Below, piece by piece: positions 29,004-38,423 of a stretch of DNA of 64,000 nucleotides. A model generated the notes under the pieces. It saw nothing but the letters and a program-made list of their open reading frames with translations, was not told the DNA's origin and did no database searches. The stretch's first letter is position 1; each line of letters opens with the position of its first letter. Source of the DNA: an uncultured Alphaproteobacteria bacterium (GTDB lineage Bacteria > Pseudomonadota > Alphaproteobacteria > HIMB59 > GCA-002718135); contig CACIQI010000005.1 of assembly GCA_902588745.1 (NCBI GenBank), positions 14,070-78,069 of the forward strand, written 5' to 3'. The position numbers were made by a program, and so were the translations under genes.

Positions 29004-29902
29004 TATGTTTTCCTTAATCTTTGAAAATTATTTTTTCTTTGTTGAAGATAAATGATTAATCCACCTAAAACTATGAAAAAAGCACCTGGGAAAAGTTGAT
29101 CAACTGGCCATTCTGCAAAAAATATCCAACCTAAAATAAGTGCAAAAAATATCTCAATATAATCAAATGGCATAATTTTACTAAGTTCTGCTTTTCTAGC
29201 ACCATATATTAAAAGTAAAGTTCCAGATCCTCCTGCAATCCCCATTATACAAACTACTAAGAAATCATTTATACTTTTGAAATTTTCCCACATACCAAAA
29301 AACACCACTAACATACATGCAACTATGATTGTCCCTGTTTGACCATACAAGTTGATAAGTGGTGAAGGAACATGATCCTCAAAACTTAAGGATGTTACCC
29401 TTGCTAGTGAATATCCAAAAGCAGCAAGTATAGGAAGTAATAACATATAATTAAAGTCTGATGACCAAGGTTGCATAATTAAAACGATACCTACAAAACC
29501 AGAAATTACTGCACTCATTTTGTACCAACCAAATTTTTCACCTAATAAAGGAATAGCAAGAAGGGTGACCATCATGGGCCCAGTGTATTCCATGGTAGCG
29601 ACTAAAGCAAAAGGTAAGTAAGCATAAGAAGTATAGAGACATAATTGAGCCAATGCTACAAATACTCCGCGGAATAATCCTAACTTCCATTGCGTTATTT
29701 TTATTTGTCTACCATTGCGGTGCCAATCTTGTGAAAAATATAAAGCAATAACACATGGGATCATTCCAAATAAATTTCTAAAAACAGAAAGTTGAGCTGC
29801 TGGATATTCGTTTCGTAAAAACTTTATCGCAATCCCCATACAATCCAATAAAAACAAACCTGAAAGTGATAATATAACAGCTAAAAATAAATTATTTTTC
29901 AT
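29003..29902 (-). CDS. EamA/DMT family transporter
   Basis: 299 aa, about 10 TM segments, two EamA-like halves. Shares one base with the mutarotase start. Confidence 0.8.
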   Translation of the reverse strand: MKNNLFLAVILSLSGLFLLDCMGIAIKFLRNEYPAAQLSVFRNLFGMIPCVIALYFSQDWHRNGRQIKITQWKLGLFRGVFVALAQLCLYTSYAYLPFALVATMEYTGPMMVTLLAIPLLGEKFGWYKMSAVISGFVGIVLIMQPWSSDFNYMLLLPILAAFGYSLARVTSLSFEDHVPSPLINLYGQTGTIIVACMLVVFFGMWENFKSINDFLVVCIMGIAGGSGTLLLIYGARKAELSKIMPFDYIEIFFALILGWIFFAEWPVDQLFPGAFFIVLGGLIIYLQQRKNNFQRLRKT

Positions 29903-29915
29903 TAATCATAATCTA

Positions 29916-30974
29916 TTATTCTAAAATAATTTCTTTTCCTACTTCTTGACTTTTATAGATTCCATCTAAAATTTTCATTACTTGTAGAGAGTGTTCAGCC
30001 GGAATAGTAACTGGTTGATCGTTTGCAACAAACTCTGCAAACTCGATACATTCTTTGGCATGAGGTTCAATAGTGTCTTTTAAATTTCCTTCAATTTTTT
30101 TAGTTATGTGAGTTTGAGAATTGATATCATTTTTTATAATCTCACAATTAGGCCAATGCAAACCAGCTTCTCTTCCGTATAACCATACCTGCATATCTTC
30201 TATTTTATCTTCTGGTAGTTTATGATGAAGCATCCATGATACTTCAAGCATCAAGGTTGCACCATTTTTAAACCTAACAAACGCAGCTGCAAAATCCTCA
30301 ACGTTCATTGCTTCCTTATCGTATTCTCCATTGTAACTAAAAGAATTTGGATGCTTTGCTAATTCTGTTTTTGACACACCCGTCACAGAAAGTGGTTCTG
30401 GATTGTTCATAAACCAAAGAGTTAAATCTAATACGTGCACCCCTATATCAATACAAGGCCCTCCTCCTGAATTTTCTTTTTTTAAAAAACCAAGTGAGAC
30501 TGGTAAAAAATTTCTTCTAAGCATCCAAGAACGTGCATGATATATCGAACCAATTGATTTGGATTGATCTTTTATTAATTGAGAATCTTTTCTAAATCTA
30601 AAGTGTTGAGCACACATTAATTTTTTTTTCGTTTGATCTCTTACTTCAATCATTTTTTTTATTTGTGAGGCATTTGGAGCTAAGGGTTTTTCACATAAAA
30701 CATCTTTGCCTGCTTGCATTGCTTTAATTGCTAAATCACAATGATAGTTATTAGGCGCACAAATATCTATTACATCTATATCTGGATCATTAATCATATC
30801 TAAGGGATCAAGATATAATTTTTTTATTTGATTTGTATTACCCCAATCTTCGAGTGTTGATTTGTTTATATCAGAGCCTGCTATTAATTCTGCATGTTCT
30901 GACATGCGCCAACCAGGTACATGTAACTTCGCAATGCCACCAACGCCAATAATGCCAACTTTTATTTTACTCAT
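29916..30974 (-). CDS. Gfo/Idh/MocA family oxidoreductase
   Basis: 352 aa with VGIIGVGGIAKLH and EKPLAPN. Confidence 0.85.
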   Translation of the reverse strand: MSKIKVGIIGVGGIAKLHVPGWRMSEHAELIAGSDINKSTLEDWGNTNQIKKLYLDPLDMINDPDIDVIDICAPNNYHCDLAIKAMQAGKDVLCEKPLAPNASQIKKMIEVRDQTKKKLMCAQHFRFRKDSQLIKDQSKSIGSIYHARSWMLRRNFLPVSLGFLKKENSGGGPCIDIGVHVLDLTLWFMNNPEPLSVTGVSKTELAKHPNSFSYNGEYDKEAMNVEDFAAAFVRFKNGATLMLEVSWMLHHKLPEDKIEDMQVWLYGREAGLHWPNCEIIKNDINSQTHITKKIEGNLKDTIEPHAKECIEFAEFVANDQPVTIPAEHSLQVMKILDGIYKSQEVGKEIILE

Positions 30975-30990
30975 ATTTATATTTTTTAAT

Positions 30991-31980
30991 TTAGATATTT
31001 ATCCATTTTTTTTCTTTTTCTGATTGGTAAATTGATTCCATTATACTACTTCTCAATGCTGCTTCTAAAGGAGTAATTAAATTTTTAGTATTGTTATCAA
31101 TTAATGAATTGAGAAATAAATCAAATGCATGAGGTAATGCTTCTGGTAAATTTTCTTCTATTCTTTCTGTTTTTTTACCATCCTTATTTTCGTTTATAAT
31201 TAGTTGCTCATTCGTTGTTCTTGCGTGAGCTTTTGTTCCACTTAAAAAAATAGTATAAGGCTGTGCTATATCTATCCATCCCGCAGCAATACTAGCTATC
31301 AATCCACTTTTAAATTTTATTAATGCTTCTCCACTCTCTTCACAACCTGGATATTGATTATATACTTTTGTAAAGGTTGCACTTACTGACTCAACATCAG
31401 AAAAAAACCATAAAAGAAGATCTAAAACATGTGTTCCTAAATCGCCAAAAGCCCCAACGCCTGCAACTTTAGGATCTGTCATCCATTGATAGTCTTTGAA
31501 AATATCCCTCATAATACCATCGTGACAATTAATGAGTCGAATTCTTGAAATTTCGCCAAAATAATTATCGGTAATTAATTGTTTAAGCTTTATGTAAACA
31601 GGATTGCTTCTCATGAAATATCCAGTTTGAAAAATAATATTTGAAGACTCAATAAGATTTGCCATTTCAAAAGAATCTTTTTTTCCTATCCCCAAAGGTT
31701 TTTCTATAAAACAGTTTTTTTTATTCTCGGTAATCTGTTTAACTAATTCATAGTGCAAATTAGTTTCTGAACACACAATAACACCATCTAAATTAGGTTC
31801 TTTCAATAAATCAATATAGTTATCATAATTCTTACATTTCAGTTTTTCTGAGTCACTTTTTGACCTGTTCTTGTCTTTGTCCCAAACACCAATACAATTA
31901 ATTTTAATGTTTGAAATTACCTTAGAAATAAAATTTGGTGTATGAATATGAGAGGTTCCAATAAATGCTATATTTTTCAT
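30991..31980 (-). CDS. Gfo/Idh/MocA family oxidoreductase
   Basis: 329 aa with IAFIGTSHIH and EKPLGIG. Confidence 0.8.
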   Translation of the reverse strand: MKNIAFIGTSHIHTPNFISKVISNIKINCIGVWDKDKNRSKSDSEKLKCKNYDNYIDLLKEPNLDGVIVCSETNLHYELVKQITENKKNCFIEKPLGIGKKDSFEMANLIESSNIIFQTGYFMRSNPVYIKLKQLITDNYFGEISRIRLINCHDGIMRDIFKDYQWMTDPKVAGVGAFGDLGTHVLDLLLWFFSDVESVSATFTKVYNQYPGCEESGEALIKFKSGLIASIAAGWIDIAQPYTIFLSGTKAHARTTNEQLIINENKDGKKTERIEENLPEALPHAFDLFLNSLIDNNTKNLITPLEAALRSSIMESIYQSEKEKKWINI

Positions 31981-31998
31981 TACAGTTATAAAAACTAC

Positions 31999-32985
31999 TT
32001 ATAGAGCACAACACTGATCGACCCAGTGACCTGGTTCAACTTCAATAAGGCCCATTTTTATTTCTCCACCTTTGCAATCTACTCCAGGATTAGGACATCT
32101 GGTTCTAAACACACAACCTGGAGGTGGATTTAATGCACTAGGAATTTCTCCCTTTAGTTCTATAGCTTCAGATCTTTTCTCTGGATCAATTGATGGAATA
32201 GAAGATAATAGTGCCTTTGTGTAAGAATGTTTTGGATTCTTAAATAATTCTCTTGAGGGTCCCATTTCAACTATGTGCCCCAAATACATAACTGCAACAA
32301 CATCACATACATGAGCTACTACACTTAAATCATGACTTATGAATAAATAAGTTAAGTTAAGCTCGGTTTGAAGTTGTTTTAAAAGATTTAATATATCTGC
32401 TTGTATTGATACATCTAAAGCAGCAACACTTTCGTCTGCTACTATAAATTTTGGATTACTTACTAAGGCTCTTGCAATTGATATTCTTTGTCTTTGTCCT
32501 CCAGAAAATGCATGAGGAAATCTTCTTAAATGCTCAATATTTAATCTACATTTTGAAGCAATGTCTCTTACTCTTTCATCAGTTTCTTGTCTTGAGTTTG
32601 TTATTTTCATCACTTCTAAAGGCTCTGCAATAATATCCCTCACTGTCATTCTTGGACTTAAAGCAGCATAAGGATCTTGAAAAATTAATTGAGCTTTTTT
32701 TCTATATTCTTTTAAATCTTGTTTGTTCATATCTGTTAAATCATAATCTCTTTCATCGTCATGAAAAATAACATTTCCAGAACTAATTTTATTAGCTCCA
32801 AGTATTGCTCTACCAAGAGTAGTTTTTCCTGAACCAGATTCACCCACTAAACCAAAAAAAGATCCTTTTTTAATTTTGATATTGATATTGTTTACAGCAT
32901 GTATTTTTTGTTTTTTTGAAATAAAATTTTCTTGATAATCAAAATTTACTGAAACATTATTTACTGAAATTAAATTATCACCCAT
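31999..32985 (-). CDS. Opp/Dpp-type ABC transporter ATP-binding protein (OppF/DppF-like) with a Cys-rich C-terminal tail
   Basis: Contains GESGSGKTT, FSGGQRQR and the tail CVFRTRCP...C...GHWVDQCC. I place the start at MGDNLISV (ATG 32983-32985), giving an 8-nt overlap with the upstream ATPase gene. The longer tracked ORF extends into that gene. Confidence 0.85.
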   Translation of the reverse strand: MGDNLISVNNVSVNFDYQENFISKKQKIHAVNNINIKIKKGSFFGLVGESGSGKTTLGRAILGANKISSGNVIFHDDERDYDLTDMNKQDLKEYRKKAQLIFQDPYAALSPRMTVRDIIAEPLEVMKITNSRQETDERVRDIASKCRLNIEHLRRFPHAFSGGQRQRISIARALVSNPKFIVADESVAALDVSIQADILNLLKQLQTELNLTYLFISHDLSVVAHVCDVVAVMYLGHIVEMGPSRELFKNPKHSYTKALLSSIPSIDPEKRSEAIELKGEIPSALNPPPGCVFRTRCPNPGVDCKGGEIKMGLIEVEPGHWVDQCCAL

Positions 32986-33967
32986 TTTGACCACACTTAA
33001 TTCCACATTGATCAACCCAGTGACCTGGTTCAACTTCAATTAATTTCATTTCTATTTTACCATCTTTTCCTTCTGGATTATGATGGGGGCATCTAGTTCT
33101 AAATACACACCCAGTTGGTCTATCTAATGGACTTGGAATATTTCCAGGTATTGGAGATAACGGTGCGTCTAAGTTATTTATATCAGGTAAAGCTTGTAAT
33201 AGCCCTTTTGTATAAGGATGTTTTGGATTTTTAAGGATCTCATTTACTGGACCTTTCTCCACTACACTTCCCAAATACATAACCGCTACATGATCAGCTA
33301 CCTGAGCAATAACACCTAGATCGTGAGTAATAAATATTACTCCCATTTGATATTCTTTAATAATATCTTTAATTAGATTAATTACTTGAGCTTGAATTGT
33401 TACGTCTAAAGCAGTTGTTGGCTCATCTGCTAATAAAAGTTTAGGCATTGTTGATAGTGCCATAGCTATCATTGCTCTTTGACGCATTCCCCCAGATAAT
33501 TCAAATGCATATTGATTAAACCGTTTTTCTGCATCTGCTATGCCTACTCTTTTTAGCATGTTTATGGATATTGATTTTGCTTCCTCTTTATTAATATTTT
33601 TATGAATTAGTAATTGCTCAACCATTTGTGCGCCAATTTTTATTGCTGGAGCAAAACTTGCCATAGGCTCTTGAAAAATCATTGATACTTTACCACCTCT
33701 TATTTTTTTTAAGTCTTGCTTAGAGGTAAATTGAAGAACATTTTCGTTGTCTAAAATTATTTCTGCATCTTCATTATAAGAAGTATTACCTGGATTTAAT
33801 TTCATAATCGATTTAGCAGTCACAGATTTACCTGATCCGGATTCACCAACTATACCAAGTACTTCACCTTGATCTACAGAAAGAGAGATATTTTCAACTG
33901 CAGTAATTCTACCTTCGTCAGTATCAAATTTTACATCTAAATTTTTTACTTCTAATAAATGACTCAT
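32978..33967 (-). CDS. Opp/Dpp-type ABC transporter ATP-binding protein (OppD/DppD-like) with a Cys-rich C-terminal tail
   Basis: 329 aa with GESGSGKSV, LSGGMRQR and the tail CVFRTRCP...GHWVDQCGIKC. Confidence 0.88.
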   Translation of the reverse strand: MSHLLEVKNLDVKFDTDEGRITAVENISLSVDQGEVLGIVGESGSGKSVTAKSIMKLNPGNTSYNEDAEIILDNENVLQFTSKQDLKKIRGGKVSMIFQEPMASFAPAIKIGAQMVEQLLIHKNINKEEAKSISINMLKRVGIADAEKRFNQYAFELSGGMRQRAMIAMALSTMPKLLLADEPTTALDVTIQAQVINLIKDIIKEYQMGVIFITHDLGVIAQVADHVAVMYLGSVVEKGPVNEILKNPKHPYTKGLLQALPDINNLDAPLSPIPGNIPSPLDRPTGCVFRTRCPHHNPEGKDGKIEMKLIEVEPGHWVDQCGIKCGQNG

Positions 33968-33968
33968 A

Positions 33969-35129
33969 TTATTTTACCTTATGAGGATCAGCTGCATCAC
34001 GTAATCCATCCCCCACATAGACAAATGTTAAAATTAATACGACTAAGAAAAATACAGGGATAAAATACCATTGATAGTTTAAAAGTACGTCGGCCTTTGT
34101 TGCATTTTGTAAAAGTACACCTAGAGAGTTTACTGGTTCTCTCAAACCAAGTCCTATAAAACTTAAAGCTGTTTCAGATAATAACATGTATGGGAAACTA
34201 ATGACTAAATCGACAATAATATAGCTCGTGAAACTTGGTAACAAGTGTCTTATAATAATGTGAGTAGATGATGCTCCACAAAGTTTTGCAGCAAGAATAT
34301 ATTCTTGGCTTCTTTCACTAAGTAGATGCGTTCTTACTCTTCTAGCAAGTGTTGGCCATGAAATTAATCCAAGTAAACAGGAAATAAAAAAGAACCGTAA
34401 TTCAGAACTCCATTCTAATGGCGCAAAGGCAGCAAGACACATAAACAGAGGTATGGGTGGAACCGTTCGAATTGCATCAGTAAACATTTGTAATACGCTA
34501 TCAATCCAACCACCATAGTAACCTGAGATCCCGCCTATTATTAGGGATAGAACAAAAGATATAAATACACCAAGAGTTCCAACAGCCAGTGAAATGTAAA
34601 TTGCGCTTAAGGTTCTACTGAATAAATCTTTTCCTGCCTTATCTGTGCCAAATATATGGATACCGCCTTCTTCAACTCCAAATAAATGAGTATTAAATGT
34701 AAAACCTGGAATTTTAAAATCTAAAATTTTTCCTGGAAGATTTATATTAAAATCAAAAACTTTATATTCCCATCCTTCAACAAAAAAATAAACGTATCTT
34801 CTTTTTTCAGTATCAACTTTATAGACCCATCTAAAATTTGTATCTGCTCCTCTATACTTTTCTAATGTGTGTAAAAACGGCCTAGCAGAAAATCCATTAT
34901 CATCCCAAAACATTGGAATTTGAGGTGCTCCGTTTTCATAATCTTTATCTCTTCCTTTAATTGTTGGATCATAAGGAGATAGAAAATCTGCAAAAAGACT
35001 ACAAATAATCATAAATAATAAAATAGAACCAGCAATCATAGCAGATCTATTTCCAAAAAAGCGTGTTCTTACTAATTGCATCTGAGTTGCAGTATAATAA
35101 GCTTCTTTTTTTTGATTACTAACCTCCAC
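33969..35129 (-). CDS. Opp/Dpp-type ABC permease (OppC/DppC-like) with a long periplasmic N-terminal loop
   Basis: 386 aa polytopic protein, in operon position. Confidence 0.85.
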   Translation of the reverse strand: MEVSNQKKEAYYTATQMQLVRTRFFGNRSAMIAGSILLFMIICSLFADFLSPYDPTIKGRDKDYENGAPQIPMFWDDNGFSARPFLHTLEKYRGADTNFRWVYKVDTEKRRYVYFFVEGWEYKVFDFNINLPGKILDFKIPGFTFNTHLFGVEEGGIHIFGTDKAGKDLFSRTLSAIYISLAVGTLGVFISFVLSLIIGGISGYYGGWIDSVLQMFTDAIRTVPPIPLFMCLAAFAPLEWSSELRFFFISCLLGLISWPTLARRVRTHLLSERSQEYILAAKLCGASSTHIIIRHLLPSFTSYIIVDLVISFPYMLLSETALSFIGLGLREPVNSLGVLLQNATKADVLLNYQWYFIPVFFLVVLILTFVYVGDGLRDAADPHKVK

Positions 35130-36132
35130 CCATAACTCCTTTTCTTATTCTTGGATCAATTATAGCTAAAATAATATCCGTTATAAAATTTACAAAAACA
35201 ATTGTTGCTGTTAGAAGAAAAATAATTGCACCTGCTAATTGCTGATCATTTGATCTTGCTAAAGCTTCAATCAACAATGCCCCGGCTTCTGTAAGAATTA
35301 AAATTAAGGCCACAATCGGCAATGCACTAAATATACGATTAAGGTCGAAACCTATAGAATTGATTACTGGACCTAAAGAATGTTTTGCTGGATATCTCCA
35401 CAACAAACTCATTCCTGATATTCCTCTAGCCCTTGCAGCCATTACATATAGTTTATCATTTTCATCTAGCATTAGTGCTCTAACTGTTTGAAGAGCAAAG
35501 GCAGTTGCATTCCAACCTAAAACAAATATTGGAAGCCAAGCTCTACTTAAAAAATCAAATAGTTTTGCTGATGACCAGGGTTCGTTTTCATATTCTTGAG
35601 AAAATAAACCTGTCATCGTATCTCCATAGTAAACAGTCATAAAAAGCATAATACAGAGTGCTACTAAAAAATTAGGAAGTGCTATTCCAAGATAACTAAT
35701 AAATTTAAGCGTATTATCTAATGATGCATATTTTGTCGTGGCCGATATGATCCCAACTGGTATGGCAATTAAATATGAAAATATTAGTGCAACCAAACAT
35801 ATTGTTAAAGATAAAGTAAATCTTCCACTTAATAATTCATTAATATTCATTCTCAGAATACAACTATCACCAAAATCTCCATTAAAAACTATATTAGAAA
35901 CCCATTTGCCATATCTATACAAAAAAGGTTTATCTAAACCTAAACGAATTTTTTCTTTTTCTATGTCTTCATAAGTTATTTGTGATCCTTGTGTATTTTT
36001 AAATGCTAGATATCTTTCAGCACAAGTTCCAGGAACTAATTCCATTAATGAAAAAACAATAAAGCATACAAGAAGCAAAGTTATAATTGCAAGTCCTGCT
36101 CTTGTGAGAGTAAATTGTATAAAATTAATCAT
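35119..36132 (-). CDS. Opp/Dpp-type ABC permease (OppB/DppB-like)
   Basis: 337 aa, polytopic, with the family-typical C-terminus ...DIILAIIDPRIR. Confidence 0.85.
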   Translation of the reverse strand: MINFIQFTLTRAGLAIITLLLVCFIVFSLMELVPGTCAERYLAFKNTQGSQITYEDIEKEKIRLGLDKPFLYRYGKWVSNIVFNGDFGDSCILRMNINELLSGRFTLSLTICLVALIFSYLIAIPVGIISATTKYASLDNTLKFISYLGIALPNFLVALCIMLFMTVYYGDTMTGLFSQEYENEPWSSAKLFDFLSRAWLPIFVLGWNATAFALQTVRALMLDENDKLYVMAARARGISGMSLLWRYPAKHSLGPVINSIGFDLNRIFSALPIVALILILTEAGALLIEALARSNDQQLAGAIIFLLTATIVFVNFITDIILAIIDPRIRKGVMGGG

Positions 36133-36170
36133 ATAAATAATTAGGAGACAAGAATAATTAAAAAAAGAAA

Positions 36171-36193
36171 AGCGGCAATATATAATTGCCGCT
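36171..36193 (-). terminator. hairpin plus T tract between the binding-protein gene and the first permease gene (also T-flanked on the plus strand)
   Basis: AGCGGCAAT-loop(5)-ATTGCCGCT (9-bp stem) flanked by an A-run and a T-run. On the minus strand it is followed by TTTCTTTTTT upstream of the permease ATG (36132). Confidence 0.7.
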
Positions 36194-36217
36194 TTTTTTA
36201 TTATTTATTGAGTTAAA

Positions 36218-38272
36218 TTACTCGTCTAACCACCATTGAGTAGCTAGGTATGGGTATGTTCTATAATACTCATACGAAGTAGTTTTAAACTGCGTAAAGT
36301 TTTTCAAAGCATTTCTATGATAAGTTGGGAAAGGTGCTTTCACCGTACCAATCAATAGACTTTGCTCTGTTAACATTGTTGCAATTTTTTCACCCCACTC
36401 ATTAGACTCAGCAGTACCAAGAGCGTAAGATTGGAATTTATCAATTCCATCACTTAAGTCATATACCCACTGAGGAGGTTTAGTACCTTCGTCACCATTA
36501 CTATCAATGTATGCTGCCCAATCTAAACCTTGTGTATGGTTAAAGTAGTTACCAAACGGAGGTTTAAATGTTTCTGGGTTACCAGCAACAATTGCTAATG
36601 GTTGACCTTTATCCCAAACATGAACGTCAAGTTGGTTAGCAGCTTGCGAACCACGATATTCATCTGGAGTTACCTCTTTAAAAGTAGTTTTTACTCCTAC
36701 TTCATTGAAGTATCTTGCAACAAGTTCAACTTCAACACCACCAATACCTTGAGTAGCATAGTCAATGTTAATAGCTAGAGCATCACCATTTGGTAATTCT
36801 CTAAATCCATCACCATCAACGTCTTTTAATCCTACTTCATCAAGCAGAGCATTAGCTCCATCTGGATCGTATTGAGTCATATGCATTTTTATACTTTCAG
36901 GAACGAAGTCAGGTGCAGGAGAAAATCCTACAAACTGCTCAACTTTACCTAAACCGTAATATGCAACTTCGTTGATCTCGTCTCTATTCATTGCAATTGA
37001 CATTGCTTGACGGAAACGAATATCCCCATAGACTTTACGTTTTTCAGGATCAGGATGTGTTACATTAAAGCTAAATAATGCAGCACCACAACCTGGATTG
37101 ATTTGAACTTGATATCCACCAGACTCAGCACCATCAAGTAATTGAGGAGCGGACTCTAATTGAACAGACTGTGATTTATAATCAACTTCACCATTAACAA
37201 GTTTTAACAATCTTATTTCATTTTCATTGATGTATCTTTCATTTTGATAATCAATGTATGGTAATTGATTCCCAGCTGTATCAACTTGGAAAAAGTATGG
37301 GTTAGCTGCATAGACTCTACCTTCAGTAGTGTCTTCAATAGTCATGTAAGCTTCTAAAGAAGGATAAGCTGCATAAGGTAATCCAGCAACTAGATCTGGT
37401 TTAGCTAGTAAAGGAGTTGGAGTATCAGTCCAACCTGAGTTACCATAATATGCTGCTAAAGCATCATAACCATCTGCAAATCCTAATGCCTGAGCATTTG
37501 CATCAGCATTTGAATCAATTTCCGGATGGAATTGTTCTAGGAAATGTGAAGGCATGAAGAACTGGTTATATGACCATGCAATAGTTGCAGTTAAACCAGG
37601 GAACGGAGATGGTAAGTTAAATCTTACTGTTTGATCATCAATTACATCAACAGTCATTGGCTCACCACCAACTAAAAGATATGGATATGGTTTTTCACGA
37701 ATCTTTGGATTCATCATCAAATCTTCGTACCAAAACTCAACATCTCTAGCCACAAAAGGTTCACCATTTGACCACTTGTGACCTTTACGTAACATGAATG
37801 TTAAAGTAGTAAAATCATCATTCCACTCATAATCTTTAGCAACGTTTGGAACAATTGTAGTTAAGTCATCAGCAAAACGTAATAAGTTAACGTGTCTTGT
37901 AGATAACATATCAGAAGTTCCAGCTTCAGTTGCGTTCGATAAGAAGTTTATTGTATTTCCATATTTACCAATAGACTCATATGGTACTACAACAAGCGGT
38001 TCATCAGGTAATCTATCCTCAACTGGAGGTAGACTTCCTGGGTTACCTTGTATTGTAGCGTTTATGCTAGCAATATTTGGATTATCTGAAAACTTCATAG
38101 TACAGCCAGCTGCACTTTCATATTCTGATAACTCATATTGCTGAGGATATTTTCCGCCTGTCTGTGCATCGTTCATTGTTGTACCTACGCAATGACCACC
38201 TGCAAAAGAGCTTCCACTCCAGACAAAGGTTGCGGAAGAAAATACTAACGCTATGAATAGTTTTTTTAACAT
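36218..38272 (-). CDS. extracellular solute-binding protein family 5 (Opp/Dpp-type), unusually large
   Basis: 684 aa. Signal peptide ...VWSGSSFA followed by GGHC. Operon-first position. Acidic, low-Lys composition. Confidence 0.85.
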   Translation of the reverse strand: MLKKLFIALVFSSATFVWSGSSFAGGHCVGTTMNDAQTGGKYPQQYELSEYESAAGCTMKFSDNPNIASINATIQGNPGSLPPVEDRLPDEPLVVVPYESIGKYGNTINFLSNATEAGTSDMLSTRHVNLLRFADDLTTIVPNVAKDYEWNDDFTTLTFMLRKGHKWSNGEPFVARDVEFWYEDLMMNPKIREKPYPYLLVGGEPMTVDVIDDQTVRFNLPSPFPGLTATIAWSYNQFFMPSHFLEQFHPEIDSNADANAQALGFADGYDALAAYYGNSGWTDTPTPLLAKPDLVAGLPYAAYPSLEAYMTIEDTTEGRVYAANPYFFQVDTAGNQLPYIDYQNERYINENEIRLLKLVNGEVDYKSQSVQLESAPQLLDGAESGGYQVQINPGCGAALFSFNVTHPDPEKRKVYGDIRFRQAMSIAMNRDEINEVAYYGLGKVEQFVGFSPAPDFVPESIKMHMTQYDPDGANALLDEVGLKDVDGDGFRELPNGDALAINIDYATQGIGGVEVELVARYFNEVGVKTTFKEVTPDEYRGSQAANQLDVHVWDKGQPLAIVAGNPETFKPPFGNYFNHTQGLDWAAYIDSNGDEGTKPPQWVYDLSDGIDKFQSYALGTAESNEWGEKIATMLTEQSLLIGTVKAPFPTYHRNALKNFTQFKTTSYEYYRTYPYLATQWWLDE

Positions 38273-38359
38273 ATATTTTCTCCTATAAGATAAATTTATC
38301 GTATGATTTTGTTTGTAAACAATTTTGACTTTTTAGCAAAAATATTTGACGTTTTTATT

Positions 38360-38381
38360 ACAATTTTTTTAAAAAAATTGT
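38360..38381. promoter_or_regulatory. perfect 22-bp palindrome ACAATTTTTTTAAAAAAATTGT in the divergent promoter region
   Basis: Read directly from the sequence. It lies 43 nt upstream of the sulfatase ATG and 88 nt upstream of the binding-protein ATG. Confidence 0.35.
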
Positions 38382-38423
38382 GTATTTCTTCTTAATTAAT
38401 TACTTTAATAATTATTAGTAAAT

